Source: Flavobacterium sp. (GTDB lineage Bacteria > Bacteroidota > Bacteroidia > Flavobacteriales > Flavobacteriaceae). Taken from it: a stretch of 58,758 bases of DNA. The stretch lies in assembly GCA_035306305.1 (NCBI GenBank), contig DATGOD010000078.1:1-58758 (forward strand). Reading direction: 5' to 3'. Positions 47,598-57,177 of the stretch are shown in pieces (positions within the stretch are counted from its first letter, which is position 1; each line of letters opens with the position of its first letter). Below the pieces are notes generated by a model, which was not told the DNA's origin, ran no database searches, and saw nothing but the letters and a program-made list of their open reading frames with translations. Position numbers and translations under genes: made by a program.

Positions 47598-50021
47598 TTA
47601 ATTTTCATTATTTAAAAATTCTTCTAACGAAATTAAATCCGGAATATTTACCGAACGTGCTTTACTGCCTTCAAACGGGCCTACGATTCCTGCAGCTTCC
47701 AATTGGTCTATCAAGCGTCCTGCTCGGTTGTAACCCAATTTCAATTTTCGTTGTAATAAAGATGCCGAACCTTGCTGGGCTGTAACGATAACTTCAGCAG
47801 CCTCGCGGAACAAAACATCTCTTTCTGATATATCTATATCAAGATTTGTGCCACCTTCTTCGCCAACGTATTCCGGCAATAGATAAGCTTCTGGGTAGGC
47901 TTTTTGTGCACCGATAAACTCAGTGATTTTTTCTACTTCTGGAGTATCGACAAAACCACATTGCACACGGGTGATGTCATTTCCTTGTGTGTATAATAAA
48001 TCACCTCGTCCAATTAATTGGTCAGCACCCGGACCATCTAAAATGGTTCTCGAATCGATTTTTGAACTCACTCTAAAGGCTATTCTCGCCGGGAAATTGG
48101 CTTTGATAATACCCGTAATTACGTTTACAGATGGGCGTTGTGTGGCGATAATCAAGTGAATCCCAATCGCACGAGCCAGCTGAGCCAAACGAGCAATTGG
48201 TGTTTCAACCTCTTTACCGGCAGTCATAATCAAATCGGCAAATTCATCGACAACCAATACGATATACGGCAAAAAGCGATGACCATTCTCAGGATTCAGT
48301 TTGCGTTGTTTGAATTTGACGTTGTATTCCTTGATGTTTCTCACCATCGCATCTTTGAGTAATGAATAACGGTTATCCATTTCAATACACAAAGAGTTTA
48401 AGGTGTTGATAACCTTTGAGTTATCTGTGATAATGGCGTCTTCGCTGTCTGGTAGTTTTGCCAAATAATGTCGTTCGATTTTGTTGAATAATGTTAGTTC
48501 GACCTTTTTCGGGTCAACCAATACAAATTTCACTTCTGCCGGATGTTTTTTATAAAGCAAAGAAGCCAGTACAGCATTTAAACCGACCGATTTACCTTGC
48601 CCGGTTGCACCTGCCATCAGCAAGTGTGGCATTTTGGCCAAATCCACCACAAAAGTTTCGTTGGAAATGGTTTTACCTAAAGCAATTGGCAATTCCATTT
48701 CGGCATTTTGGAATTTAGCCGAGCTAATCAACGATTTCATCGAAACGACAGACGGTTTGGTATTAGGCACTTCGATACCGATAGTTCCTCTACCTGGAAT
48801 TGGAGCGATAATACGAATTCCTAATGCCGATAAAGACAAGGCGATATCATCTTCAAGGTTTTTAATTTTGGAAATACGCACACCAGCCTCTGGGATAATC
48901 TCATACAAAGTAACCGTTGGCCCAACAGTAGCTTTGATTTTGTCGATGCCGATTTTGTAATTGTTTAGTGTTTCGACAATTTTATTTTTGTTTTCTTCCA
49001 GTTCAGCTTGGTTAATTGTGATGCTACCGGAAGAATGGTCTATCAATAAATCTATGGTCGGAAATTGATAATTCGACAATTCCAAGGTTGGGTCAAATTC
49101 GCCAAAGTCTGCAACCAATTTGGCCGACAAGTTTTCTTCGATTTCGTCTTCTTCTACTGCCGACTCAATAATGAAATCCTCTTGGGTGTCTGCTGTATTT
49201 TTTTCTGTTTGAATAGCAGGTTTTTCAACGGTTTCATTTTTGATATTTAATTCAATTTCGCCCGAAGGTTCTATAATTTTACCTTCTATAATTTCCTCTT
49301 TAACTACTTCCTTAGGTATAATTGTTTCAGGGGTAATTGTTTTGGTTTGTTGTTTTGTTATTTCTTTATTTTCAATATCTTGAGTTGTTTTATCAGAAGT
49401 TTTACTTAAATCTTCTAATACCGTTGATTTTGTTTTATTGAAAAAAGAAGTGAAGCTTTCTGGCGACATTTTTATTCTGAAAATAAGGTAAAATAATACT
49501 GCAAATATGACCAAAAGCATGGTACCGAATTTTCCTAAATATATTTGTAAGTATTGGTTGATTTCGTAACCGACAACGCCACCCAGCATCGGATTATTTT
49601 CTCCAAAAAAGCCAAACGCCACCGAAATGATAATAATAGCGAATAAATCCCAAAAAAGTATTTTTCTCAATTTACTTCCTGCAAACGGAAAGGCAAAAAA
49701 GTATGCCAATAAGAAAGCTATTTTGATAAATACAAAGGAAGCTATTCCGAAGCCTCTGTATATAAATAAGTCAGATAAATAGGCACCTAATTTTCCAAAC
49801 CAGTTTTGTGTTTCAACACTTTTGTCAGTTAGTTCGCGAACAATATCTTGGTCATAGTTGCCATAAATAAAATAAGAAACAAAACTCAGCAACAAAGCAA
49901 AAGCTGTCAACAACATTATAGCAGACAACATAAACAGAATACGTTTGCCATTTGTTACTGCTTGTTTAGGTGATTTGGCTGTTTTTTTAGTAGTCGTATT
50001 TTTCTTTTTCTTCACAGACAT
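47598..50021 (-). CDS. ftsK: DNA translocase FtsK
   Basis: N-terminal TMs; PHLLMAGATGQGKS, VDEFADL, ATQRPS and gamma domain LQRKLKLGYNRAGR. Confidence 0.97.
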   Translation of the reverse strand: MSVKKKKNTTTKKTAKSPKQAVTNGKRILFMLSAIMLLTAFALLLSFVSYFIYGNYDQDIVRELTDKSVETQNWFGKLGAYLSDLFIYRGFGIASFVFIKIAFLLAYFFAFPFAGSKLRKILFWDLFAIIIISVAFGFFGENNPMLGGVVGYEINQYLQIYLGKFGTMLLVIFAVLFYLIFRIKMSPESFTSFFNKTKSTVLEDLSKTSDKTTQDIENKEITKQQTKTITPETIIPKEVVKEEIIEGKIIEPSGEIELNIKNETVEKPAIQTEKNTADTQEDFIIESAVEEDEIEENLSAKLVADFGEFDPTLELSNYQFPTIDLLIDHSSGSITINQAELEENKNKIVETLNNYKIGIDKIKATVGPTVTLYEIIPEAGVRISKIKNLEDDIALSLSALGIRIIAPIPGRGTIGIEVPNTKPSVVSMKSLISSAKFQNAEMELPIALGKTISNETFVVDLAKMPHLLMAGATGQGKSVGLNAVLASLLYKKHPAEVKFVLVDPKKVELTLFNKIERHYLAKLPDSEDAIITDNSKVINTLNSLCIEMDNRYSLLKDAMVRNIKEYNVKFKQRKLNPENGHRFLPYIVLVVDEFADLIMTAGKEVETPIARLAQLARAIGIHLIIATQRPSVNVITGIIKANFPARIAFRVSSKIDSRTILDGPGADQLIGRGDLLYTQGNDITRVQCGFVDTPEVEKITEFIGAQKAYPEAYLLPEYVGEEGGTNLDIDISERDVLFREAAEVIVTAQQGSASLLQRKLKLGYNRAGRLIDQLEAAGIVGPFEGSKARSVNIPDLISLEEFLNNEN

Positions 50022-50025
50022 AGCT

Positions 50026-50403
50026 TTACAAATTAAAAATTTTAGGCAGATAAATAAACAGTCCGATAACCACAGCTGTCAATGCTGCAAAAGTAACTGC
50101 TCCGGCTGAAATATCCTTGATAAAACCAATTTTTTTATGGTAATCGGGATGGATGAAATCAGCTATTTTTTCCACTGCAGTATTGAGTCCTTCTATAGAC
50201 AGGACCAAGCCTAACGCCAAGATTTGAAACATCCATTCGGTTCTAGAAATGTCAAAATACCACCCGGCAATCATCACTATAGTGCCGATACACAATTGCG
50301 AGATAATACTATCTTCGGTAGTGATTAATTTGTACAAACCGGTGAGGGCATATTTAAAACTTTTTAAGCGACCAAGCAAAAAAGAGTCTTCTTTTTGTTT
50401 CAT
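50026..50403 (-). CDS. dgkA: Diacylglycerol/undecaprenol kinase
   Basis: EGLNTAVEKIAD and IKDISAGAV motifs; three TM helices. Confidence 0.88.
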   Translation of the reverse strand: MKQKEDSFLLGRLKSFKYALTGLYKLITTEDSIISQLCIGTIVMIAGWYFDISRTEWMFQILALGLVLSIEGLNTAVEKIADFIHPDYHKKIGFIKDISAGAVTFAALTAVVIGLFIYLPKIFNL

Positions 50404-50411
50404 ACTCTATT

Positions 50412-51230
50412 TTATAAATTTACAATAGTTTGTCTGATTTTGACTAATTTCTCCATCAACGCATCAAATTGATCCAACGGCAACATATTTGCCCCATCGC
50501 TTTTTGCTTGGCTCGGGTTGAAATGCGTTTCCACAAATATACCGTCCACGCCACAAGCAATTCCGGCTTTGGCAATGGTTTCAATCAATTCCGGGCGACC
50601 ACCGGTTACGCCACTGCTTTGATTGGGTTGTTGTAGCGAATGGGTAATGTCTAACACTGTGGTAGCAAACTTTTTCATGATAGGGATGTTGCGGTAATCG
50701 ACGATTAAATCTTGATAGCCAAACATCGTTCCACGGTCGGTAACCATGATTTTTTCGTTGTGCGAATCTTGTACTTTTTTTACCGCGTGTTGCATACTTT
50801 CCGGACTCATAAATTGTCCTTTCTTCAGATTGACTACTTTGTTGGTTTTGGCAGCAGCAACCACCAAGTCGGTTTGTCGAACCAAGAAAGCCGGAATTTG
50901 TAGTACATCTACATATTCGGCGGCCATAGCAGCTTCGTGACTTTCGTGAATGTCGGTAACGGTAGGCAACCCAAAATGTTTGCCAACTTCTTGTAAAATT
51001 TTCAAGGCTTTTTCATCGCCAATTCCGGTAAAAGAATCTATGCGCGAACGATTGGCTTTGCGATACGAACCTTTGAACACCAACGGAATTTGGTATCGAT
51101 TGGTGATTTCGACCAATTTTTCGGCTATTTGATATGCCATGTCTTCACCTTCGATGGCACAAGGACCTGCTAACAGAAAAAAATTATTGCTGTCGGTATG
51201 TTTGATTTGAGGTATTTCGTTTAGATTCAT
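50412..51230 (-). CDS. kdsA: KDO 8-phosphate synthase
   Basis: AGPCAIE, KANRS, QIPAFLVRQTDL and DITHSLQQP motifs. Confidence 0.96.
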   Translation of the reverse strand: MNLNEIPQIKHTDSNNFFLLAGPCAIEGEDMAYQIAEKLVEITNRYQIPLVFKGSYRKANRSRIDSFTGIGDEKALKILQEVGKHFGLPTVTDIHESHEAAMAAEYVDVLQIPAFLVRQTDLVVAAAKTNKVVNLKKGQFMSPESMQHAVKKVQDSHNEKIMVTDRGTMFGYQDLIVDYRNIPIMKKFATTVLDITHSLQQPNQSSGVTGGRPELIETIAKAGIACGVDGIFVETHFNPSQAKSDGANMLPLDQFDALMEKLVKIRQTIVNL

Positions 51231-51769
51231 TTCCTTTTTTTGTTTTTTGATTTCTGTTTGTTTTGTACGACAACCGGCGGAACATAATCTTTGGTTTTCA
51301 TCAGATAAGAAAGACCAATAGTGAACAGGATTCCACAGGAAAATGTGTCCACAATACCATTTCGAATATAACTCGTTAGATTGATGTTTTCGATGAGCAT
51401 ATCGGCGTGAGCATGATTTTTGATTATAAATGCTTTTTGTTGCTCAAAATAATCAGGAGAAATAGATTCATACATGATATATTGAGCAATCGGGTTGAGT
51501 ATGGCCACCATACTGGTGAGTAATAATCCAAATTTAAAGGCATCTTTGAAGCTCCAATCATTCAAGAAAATAACCTTTTTCTTTTCTCTGTATGCCAAAT
51601 AATAGCAAGCGAAAATCAATAGGTATAATCCGAAAAAACCGATTAAAAATGATAAACCGGTACGGTTTGTCTGATTGTGCCACCCCATAAGTTTTTCGCC
51701 CACAAAACACAACACGGTTAAGCAAGTGATGAGTGCGGCCCATTTGATTTCTATCCCTAATTTCTTCAT
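51227..51769 (-). CDS. DUF4199-family membrane protein
   Basis: IEIKWA, EKLMGWH and ISPDYF motifs; four TM helices. Confidence 0.78.
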   Translation of the reverse strand: MKKLGIEIKWAALITCLTVLCFVGEKLMGWHNQTNRTGLSFLIGFFGLYLLIFACYYLAYREKKKVIFLNDWSFKDAFKFGLLLTSMVAILNPIAQYIMYESISPDYFEQQKAFIIKNHAHADMLIENINLTSYIRNGIVDTFSCGILFTIGLSYLMKTKDYVPPVVVQNKQKSKNKKRK

Positions 51770-52032
51770 GAAAAAAACGTTCGAAATTTAGCTGTAAAAA
51801 TACTTCATTTTTCTGTAATCTAAAAAGGATTGTCTGGTAAAATCATCATAAATTGTAAACCGAGGCGGTAATTACCCCGGAAGGTTAAAAGTCAGAAAGT
51901 TAAAAACTAATAACTTCCAACGTAAACGCTGTGTTATATTTTAAGGTGTGGAATAAAATATTTTGTAGAATCTTCGTGAAAATTTCTATAATTGTTGGTA
52001 AATTTGGAAGCAATAACTTAGATTAAATTTCT

Positions 52033-54120
52033 ATGAAAAGTATAAATCTGACTCGTAACCATTATATAGACAGAGAGATAAGTTGGTTGAGTTTCAACGA
52101 ACGTGTTTTGCAAGAAGCCGCAGATAACGATGTGGCATTGCTAGACAGAATTCGGTTTTTGGGGATATTTTCCAATAATTTGGACGAGTTTTTCCGGGTG
52201 CGTTATGCTTCTATCCGTCGATTGGCGATGGACAAAAGAGGCAAGCGAATCTTGGAGAGTGGTATGGAGGCAAAAGAATTATTGAAACAAATTACGCAAA
52301 TTGTTATTGAGCAACAGAGCAAAAGCTTGAAAGTATTGGAACAAATACAAAATCAATTGGCGGAAGAGAATATTCATATCATTAATGAAAAACAATTAGA
52401 CAAAGAACAAGAAATATTTGTTAAGGATTTTTTTACACATCAAGTAAGTGCCGATTTAATTACGATTATCCTTAATGATTTGGCAGAATTTCCTTTGTTG
52501 GAAGACAAAAGTGGCTATTTGGCTGTAAAGTTGCATTTGGCTGGAAGTAAATCTGAAGCTAAGAAAAAAACTCGTTACGCCTTGATTGAAATTCCTAATC
52601 ATGTGAGTCGTTTTGTTGTTTTGCCACAAAGAGGTGACACGCAGTTTGTGATGCATCTCGATGATGTGATACGTTACAATTTGCATCAGATATTTTCCAT
52701 TTTCAATTATGAGCGGATTTCTGCTCACATGATTAAAGTAACGCGTGATGCAGAGCTTGATTTTGATTCAGATTTGCACAAAAGCTTTTTAGAAAAAATA
52801 TCGCGAAGCGTGCGTGACCGCCGAATAGGTGAAGTAGTGCGGTTTGTTTATGACAAAGATATGGAGCAAGATACGCTGGAATTTTTCTTAGACAAAATGC
52901 AAATAGAATCTGTCGATAGTATAATACCAGGCGGGAGATACCACAATCGTAGAGATTATATGGGATTTCCAACCTTGGGGCGAAAAGATTTGATATTTCA
53001 AAAAGCCAATCCATTGCCGGTAGAAGGTTTAGGATTAGAAAATAGCATCATCAGTCAATTGAAAAAAAAGGACTATTTGATACATACGCCATATCAATCG
53101 TTCAATTATATTGTTCGTTTTTTGAGAGAAGCGGCTTTAGATCCCAAAGTAACGACAATCAAAATTACGTTATACCGCTTGGCAAGAAATTCGCAAATCA
53201 TCAGTTCACTGATTAATGCAGCGAAAAACGGTAAAAAAGTGGTTGTCCAGATTGAGCTACAAGCACGTTTCGATGAGCGAAGTAATATCAATTATGCCGA
53301 GCAATTACAAACCGAAGACGTACAGCTCATCTTTGGCGTAAAAGGACTCAAAGTGCACAGTAAAATATGCGTAGTTGAGCGTATCGAAAACAAAAAAGTA
53401 AAATATTACGGCATAGTATCGACAGGAAATTTTAATGAATCAACTGCCAATATTTATACAGATGTAACTTTGATGACCTCGCACCAAAAAATCATGAAAG
53501 AAGTCAGCAAAGTGTTTGATTTCTTTGAAGTAAATTATAAAATACAACGATACAAACATTTGATTGTTTCGCCACATTACACCCGAAACAGATTTGCTAA
53601 ACTCATCGAGAGAGAAATCCAAAATGCTATGGATGGCAAACCGGCTTATATCAAATTGAAAATGAATAGTTTGTCTGATACTAAAATGATTGACAGATTG
53701 TATCATGCCAGTCGTGCCGGAGTGAAAGTACAGCTGATTGTTAGAGGAATTTGTTGTTTGATTCCGGGTATTCCGGGTATGAGCGACAATATTGAAGTGA
53801 TTAGTATTGTAGATAATTTGCTAGAACATTCACGTATTTATATCTTTGGCAATAATGATAATCCTGAAATTTACATTTCGTCTGCCGATTGGATGACACG
53901 AAATATCGATGATAGAGTAGAGGTGAGTTGTCCAATTTATGATGAAGAAGTGAAACAGCAATTATTAGATATTTTTGAAAATTATTGGAAAGGAAACGTA
54001 AAAGTACGCATACAAGAAAAATCATTGTCTAACCATTATCGACCAATTGAAGGAGAACGGTTTCGAGCACAATTTGAAATGTATAAGTACTACGAAAATC
54101 AGTTAGAAGTAGAATTATGA
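52033..54120 (+). CDS. ppk1: Polyphosphate kinase 1
   Basis: REISWLSFNERVLQEA, SNNLDEFF, ELQARFDE, KVHSK and LEHSR; TAAATTTG promoter at 51999-52006. Confidence 0.97.
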   Translation: MKSINLTRNHYIDREISWLSFNERVLQEAADNDVALLDRIRFLGIFSNNLDEFFRVRYASIRRLAMDKRGKRILESGMEAKELLKQITQIVIEQQSKSLKVLEQIQNQLAEENIHIINEKQLDKEQEIFVKDFFTHQVSADLITIILNDLAEFPLLEDKSGYLAVKLHLAGSKSEAKKKTRYALIEIPNHVSRFVVLPQRGDTQFVMHLDDVIRYNLHQIFSIFNYERISAHMIKVTRDAELDFDSDLHKSFLEKISRSVRDRRIGEVVRFVYDKDMEQDTLEFFLDKMQIESVDSIIPGGRYHNRRDYMGFPTLGRKDLIFQKANPLPVEGLGLENSIISQLKKKDYLIHTPYQSFNYIVRFLREAALDPKVTTIKITLYRLARNSQIISSLINAAKNGKKVVVQIELQARFDERSNINYAEQLQTEDVQLIFGVKGLKVHSKICVVERIENKKVKYYGIVSTGNFNESTANIYTDVTLMTSHQKIMKEVSKVFDFFEVNYKIQRYKHLIVSPHYTRNRFAKLIEREIQNAMDGKPAYIKLKMNSLSDTKMIDRLYHASRAGVKVQLIVRGICCLIPGIPGMSDNIEVISIVDNLLEHSRIYIFGNNDNPEIYISSADWMTRNIDDRVEVSCPIYDEEVKQQLLDIFENYWKGNVKVRIQEKSLSNHYRPIEGERFRAQFEMYKYYENQLEVEL

Positions 54121-55028
54121 TGAACATCAAAAAATATGCAGCCATAGATATTGGTTCCAACGCGATGAGATTGTTGATTACCAATATTTTGGAATATGAA
54201 GAAGAAATCAAATTTAATAAAAGTGAAATCATTCGCGTTCCGATTCGTTTAGGACAAGATGCTTTCACAGTGGGCGAAATATCCCAACAAAACATCGAGC
54301 GAATGCAAAATGCCATGCAAGCTTTTCGTTTGATGATGCAGGTTTATGGCGTCGAACGTTATGCGGCTTGTGCGACTTCGGCAATGCGAGAAGCGTTTAA
54401 CGGCTCGGATTTGGTCAAATATATCAGGCAAAAAACCGATGTAGAAATCGAAATTATAGACGGAAATAAAGAAGCAAGGATAATTGCCAATTCACAATTG
54501 AAAAAATTGATTGCTACCGAACAAAACTTTTTATTTGTCGATGTTGGCGGTGGAAGTACCGAGCTAACTATTTTTTCGGAAGGAGAGCAAGTTACTTCAA
54601 AGTCCTTCAAAAACGGAACCGTTCGTTTGCTCAACAATATGGTCAGTCAGCAAGTTTGGAACAGTATGGAAACGTGGATCAAAGCACAAACTAAAGATTT
54701 TAAAAATATCGTTTTGATTGGTTCTGGCGGAAATATAAATAAGGTTTTTAAAATGTCAGGAAAACCTCAAGATAAACCGCTTAGCTATGATTATTTAAAT
54801 AAACAATATAACTATTTAAACAAGCTAACTTACGAAGAAAGAGTAGGTGATTTAGGTTTAAATGAAGACCGTGCCGATGTGATTGTTCCGGCATTGAATA
54901 TTTATCGAAGTGCGATGAAATGGAGCAATGCCAGTAGAATTTTTGTACCTAAAATTGGTTTGTCCGACGGAATTGTAAAAGCAGCTTATTACCAAAACAG
55001 CGGTATCAAAATACATGATTTGAAGTGA
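54117..55028 (+). CDS. ppx: Exopolyphosphatase (Ppx/GppA family)
   Basis: AIDIGSNAMR, ATSAMREA, DVGGGSTE and DRADVI motifs. Confidence 0.93.
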   Translation: MMNIKKYAAIDIGSNAMRLLITNILEYEEEIKFNKSEIIRVPIRLGQDAFTVGEISQQNIERMQNAMQAFRLMMQVYGVERYAACATSAMREAFNGSDLVKYIRQKTDVEIEIIDGNKEARIIANSQLKKLIATEQNFLFVDVGGGSTELTIFSEGEQVTSKSFKNGTVRLLNNMVSQQVWNSMETWIKAQTKDFKNIVLIGSGGNINKVFKMSGKPQDKPLSYDYLNKQYNYLNKLTYEERVGDLGLNEDRADVIVPALNIYRSAMKWSNASRIFVPKIGLSDGIVKAAYYQNSGIKIHDLK

Positions 55029-55035
55029 TAATACT

Positions 55036-55063
55036 AACCGACTCAATGACGAGTCGGTTTTTT
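55036..55063 (+). terminator. Intrinsic terminator after ppx
   Basis: AACCGACTC-AATGAC-GAGTCGGTTTTTT. Confidence 0.8.
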
Positions 55064-55081
55064 GTTTTTTGATTATTGAAA

Positions 55082-55708
55082 TCAATAAATAAAAGTGCGT
55101 TCTACTATTTTATCCGAAATATTTAAACGCTCAAATTCAATCAAAATATTGACAAATTCTTCTACAGTCATTTTGTCGGAGAAATCAATAATTATACCTT
55201 CGTAAGATTCTCTGTTTTCTACTGCTTCTGCAAAACGTTGTTTAAAATCCTTCAAACCAGATACTTCATCGGTTATTAAGTCTATTAATTGAAAAAAATA
55301 TTCGGTCGGTTCCATCATTCCTCGAGGTTCGGCAAAAACACTTTTAAACGGCAATTTCACATACGCATTTTGTTGGTGCAACGTATCGCTGTACACAAAA
55401 TAAATGTCTTTGGTGTCTTCGTGAACACCATCTTTTTGGAACTTTTTCTCGGTCAATTCCTGCAAAAACGGCGCAACTTCGCTCAGCGTTAAATCTCTTT
55501 CAACAGAAAGTACCCAATTGGTATTTCCGATTAAACTGTTTTGCAGCAGTTCGGTTTCGCCTTCATCATTTTTTAAAATATAAGCCGGACTAAAATCGTC
55601 TATTTCGGTTTCCACAGAATAATCCGACCGACTGATTTTCATTTCTTTTTGGCTACAAGATGTCATGAATATTGCCAAAACAAACAGGAATAATAGTTTA
55701 CTTTTCAT
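55082..55708 (-). CDS. Hypothetical lipoprotein
   Basis: Signal peptide II MKSKLLFLFVLAIFMTSC; start overlaps the folP end. Confidence 0.75.
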   Translation of the reverse strand: MKSKLLFLFVLAIFMTSCSQKEMKISRSDYSVETEIDDFSPAYILKNDEGETELLQNSLIGNTNWVLSVERDLTLSEVAPFLQELTEKKFQKDGVHEDTKDIYFVYSDTLHQQNAYVKLPFKSVFAEPRGMMEPTEYFFQLIDLITDEVSGLKDFKQRFAEAVENRESYEGIIIDFSDKMTVEEFVNILIEFERLNISDKIVERTFIY

Positions 55709-56543
55709 ACGTTTTCATATATAATTTTACACATTCTGTTGCTGCTTTTACATCGTGCACTCGAAGAATATTTGCCCCGTTCATCAATGCCATGGTGTTT
55801 ATTATTGTTGTGCCGTTCAATGCTTCTTGTGGAGAAGTTGATAATAAATTGTAAATCATTGATTTTCTTGAAACTCCGACCAAAATAGGAACGTCTAAAT
55901 GCTGGAATAGACGAAGTTTACTGAGCAATTCATAATTTTGTTCCAACGTTTTGGAAAAACCAAATCCCGGGTCGATAATCACATCTTTGATGCCGGCTTC
56001 GTAGGCTTGGTTGAGTTTTTCTGAAAAATAATACATCATATCGCCAACCAAATCATCATAATCGGTGAGTTGTTGCATATTTTGCGGAGTTCCTCGCATG
56101 TGCATTAAAATATATGGAACTTCTTTTCGGGCAACTGTTTGGAACATATTTTCATCCAAATTACCACCCGAAATATCATTAATAATCGCTGCTCCAGCAT
56201 CAATCGCTTGGTCGGCGACATTAGCACGAAAAGTATCTACAGAAATCACTATGTCCGGAAATTCTTTGCATAACATTTCGATGATAGGAATTAACCTTTC
56301 TGTTTCTGTTTCTTCCGAGACAAAATCGGCATTCGGACGAGATGAATACGCGCCAATATCAATAATATCAGCACCTTCGTTGAGCATTTTTTGAGTCTGA
56401 AAAACAGCTTGTTCGAGTGAATTATTTTTCCCGCCATCAAAAAAAGAATCCGGCGTAATATTCAAAATTCCCATAATCATTGGGCGAGAAAAAGTAAGTA
56501 ATTTTCCTTTACAATTCATGCTGAGCGTCGAAGACAATTTCAT
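55698..56543 (-). CDS. folP: Dihydropteroate synthase
   Basis: MGILNITPDSFFDGG, DPGFGF, GVSRKS and LRVHDV motifs. Confidence 0.96.
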   Translation of the reverse strand: MKLSSTLSMNCKGKLLTFSRPMIMGILNITPDSFFDGGKNNSLEQAVFQTQKMLNEGADIIDIGAYSSRPNADFVSEETETERLIPIIEMLCKEFPDIVISVDTFRANVADQAIDAGAAIINDISGGNLDENMFQTVARKEVPYILMHMRGTPQNMQQLTDYDDLVGDMMYYFSEKLNQAYEAGIKDVIIDPGFGFSKTLEQNYELLSKLRLFQHLDVPILVGVSRKSMIYNLLSTSPQEALNGTTIINTMALMNGANILRVHDVKAATECVKLYMKTYEK

Positions 56544-56624
56544 TCAATAATGGTTTTTTATTTTTTTTGATGTGTTAAACCGTTAGTTTTTCCTAAATTT
56601 GAACTTTGTACAAAGATAAAAGAT

Positions 56625-57173
56625 ATGTCAACACCACAACAATTTGATGAAGTAATTTCTGCTTGCAGAGATTTATATATAAAAAAATACCAAGATTACG
56701 GCAGTGCATGGCGAATTATGAGATTACCCTCATTAACTGACCAAATTTTTATCAAAGCTCAGCGAATACGCAGTTTGCAAGAAAATGAAATCCGCAAAAT
56801 AGACGAAGACGAAACGGCAGAATTTGTCGGAATTATCAATTACAGCATCATGTCTTTGATTCAGTTGGAAAAAGGCGTGGCTACTCAGCCCGATTTATCC
56901 GAAGAAGAAGCTATCAGTTTGTATGACAAGCAAGTTGAAATTACCCGACAATTGATGCTTGATAAAAATCATGATTATGGCGAAGCTTGGCGCGAAACAC
57001 GCGTGAGTTCACTCACCGATTTGATTTTGCAAAAACTATTACGCGTTAAACAAATCGAAGATAACAAAGGCAAAACGCTTGTTTCTGAAGGGATTGATGC
57101 CAATTATCAAGATATGATTAACTATGCAGTTTTTGCTTTGATTTTACTACAATACAAACCTCAAAACAAATAA
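56625..57173 (+). CDS. DUF1599 (tandem nucleotide-modification-associated domain) protein
   Basis: Internal duplication KKYQDYGSAWR..SLTDQI / DKNHDYGEAWR..SLTDLI, both halves ending in INY. Confidence 0.82.
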   Translation: MSTPQQFDEVISACRDLYIKKYQDYGSAWRIMRLPSLTDQIFIKAQRIRSLQENEIRKIDEDETAEFVGIINYSIMSLIQLEKGVATQPDLSEEEAISLYDKQVEITRQLMLDKNHDYGEAWRETRVSSLTDLILQKLLRVKQIEDNKGKTLVSEGIDANYQDMINYAVFALILLQYKPQNK

Positions 57174-57177
57174 AATT

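Noticed and set aside
51877-51895. CCGGAAGG as part of an SRP RNA (ffs)
   Set aside because: Lacks the flanking CAGG and AGCAG of SRP helix 8 and the long enclosing stem.
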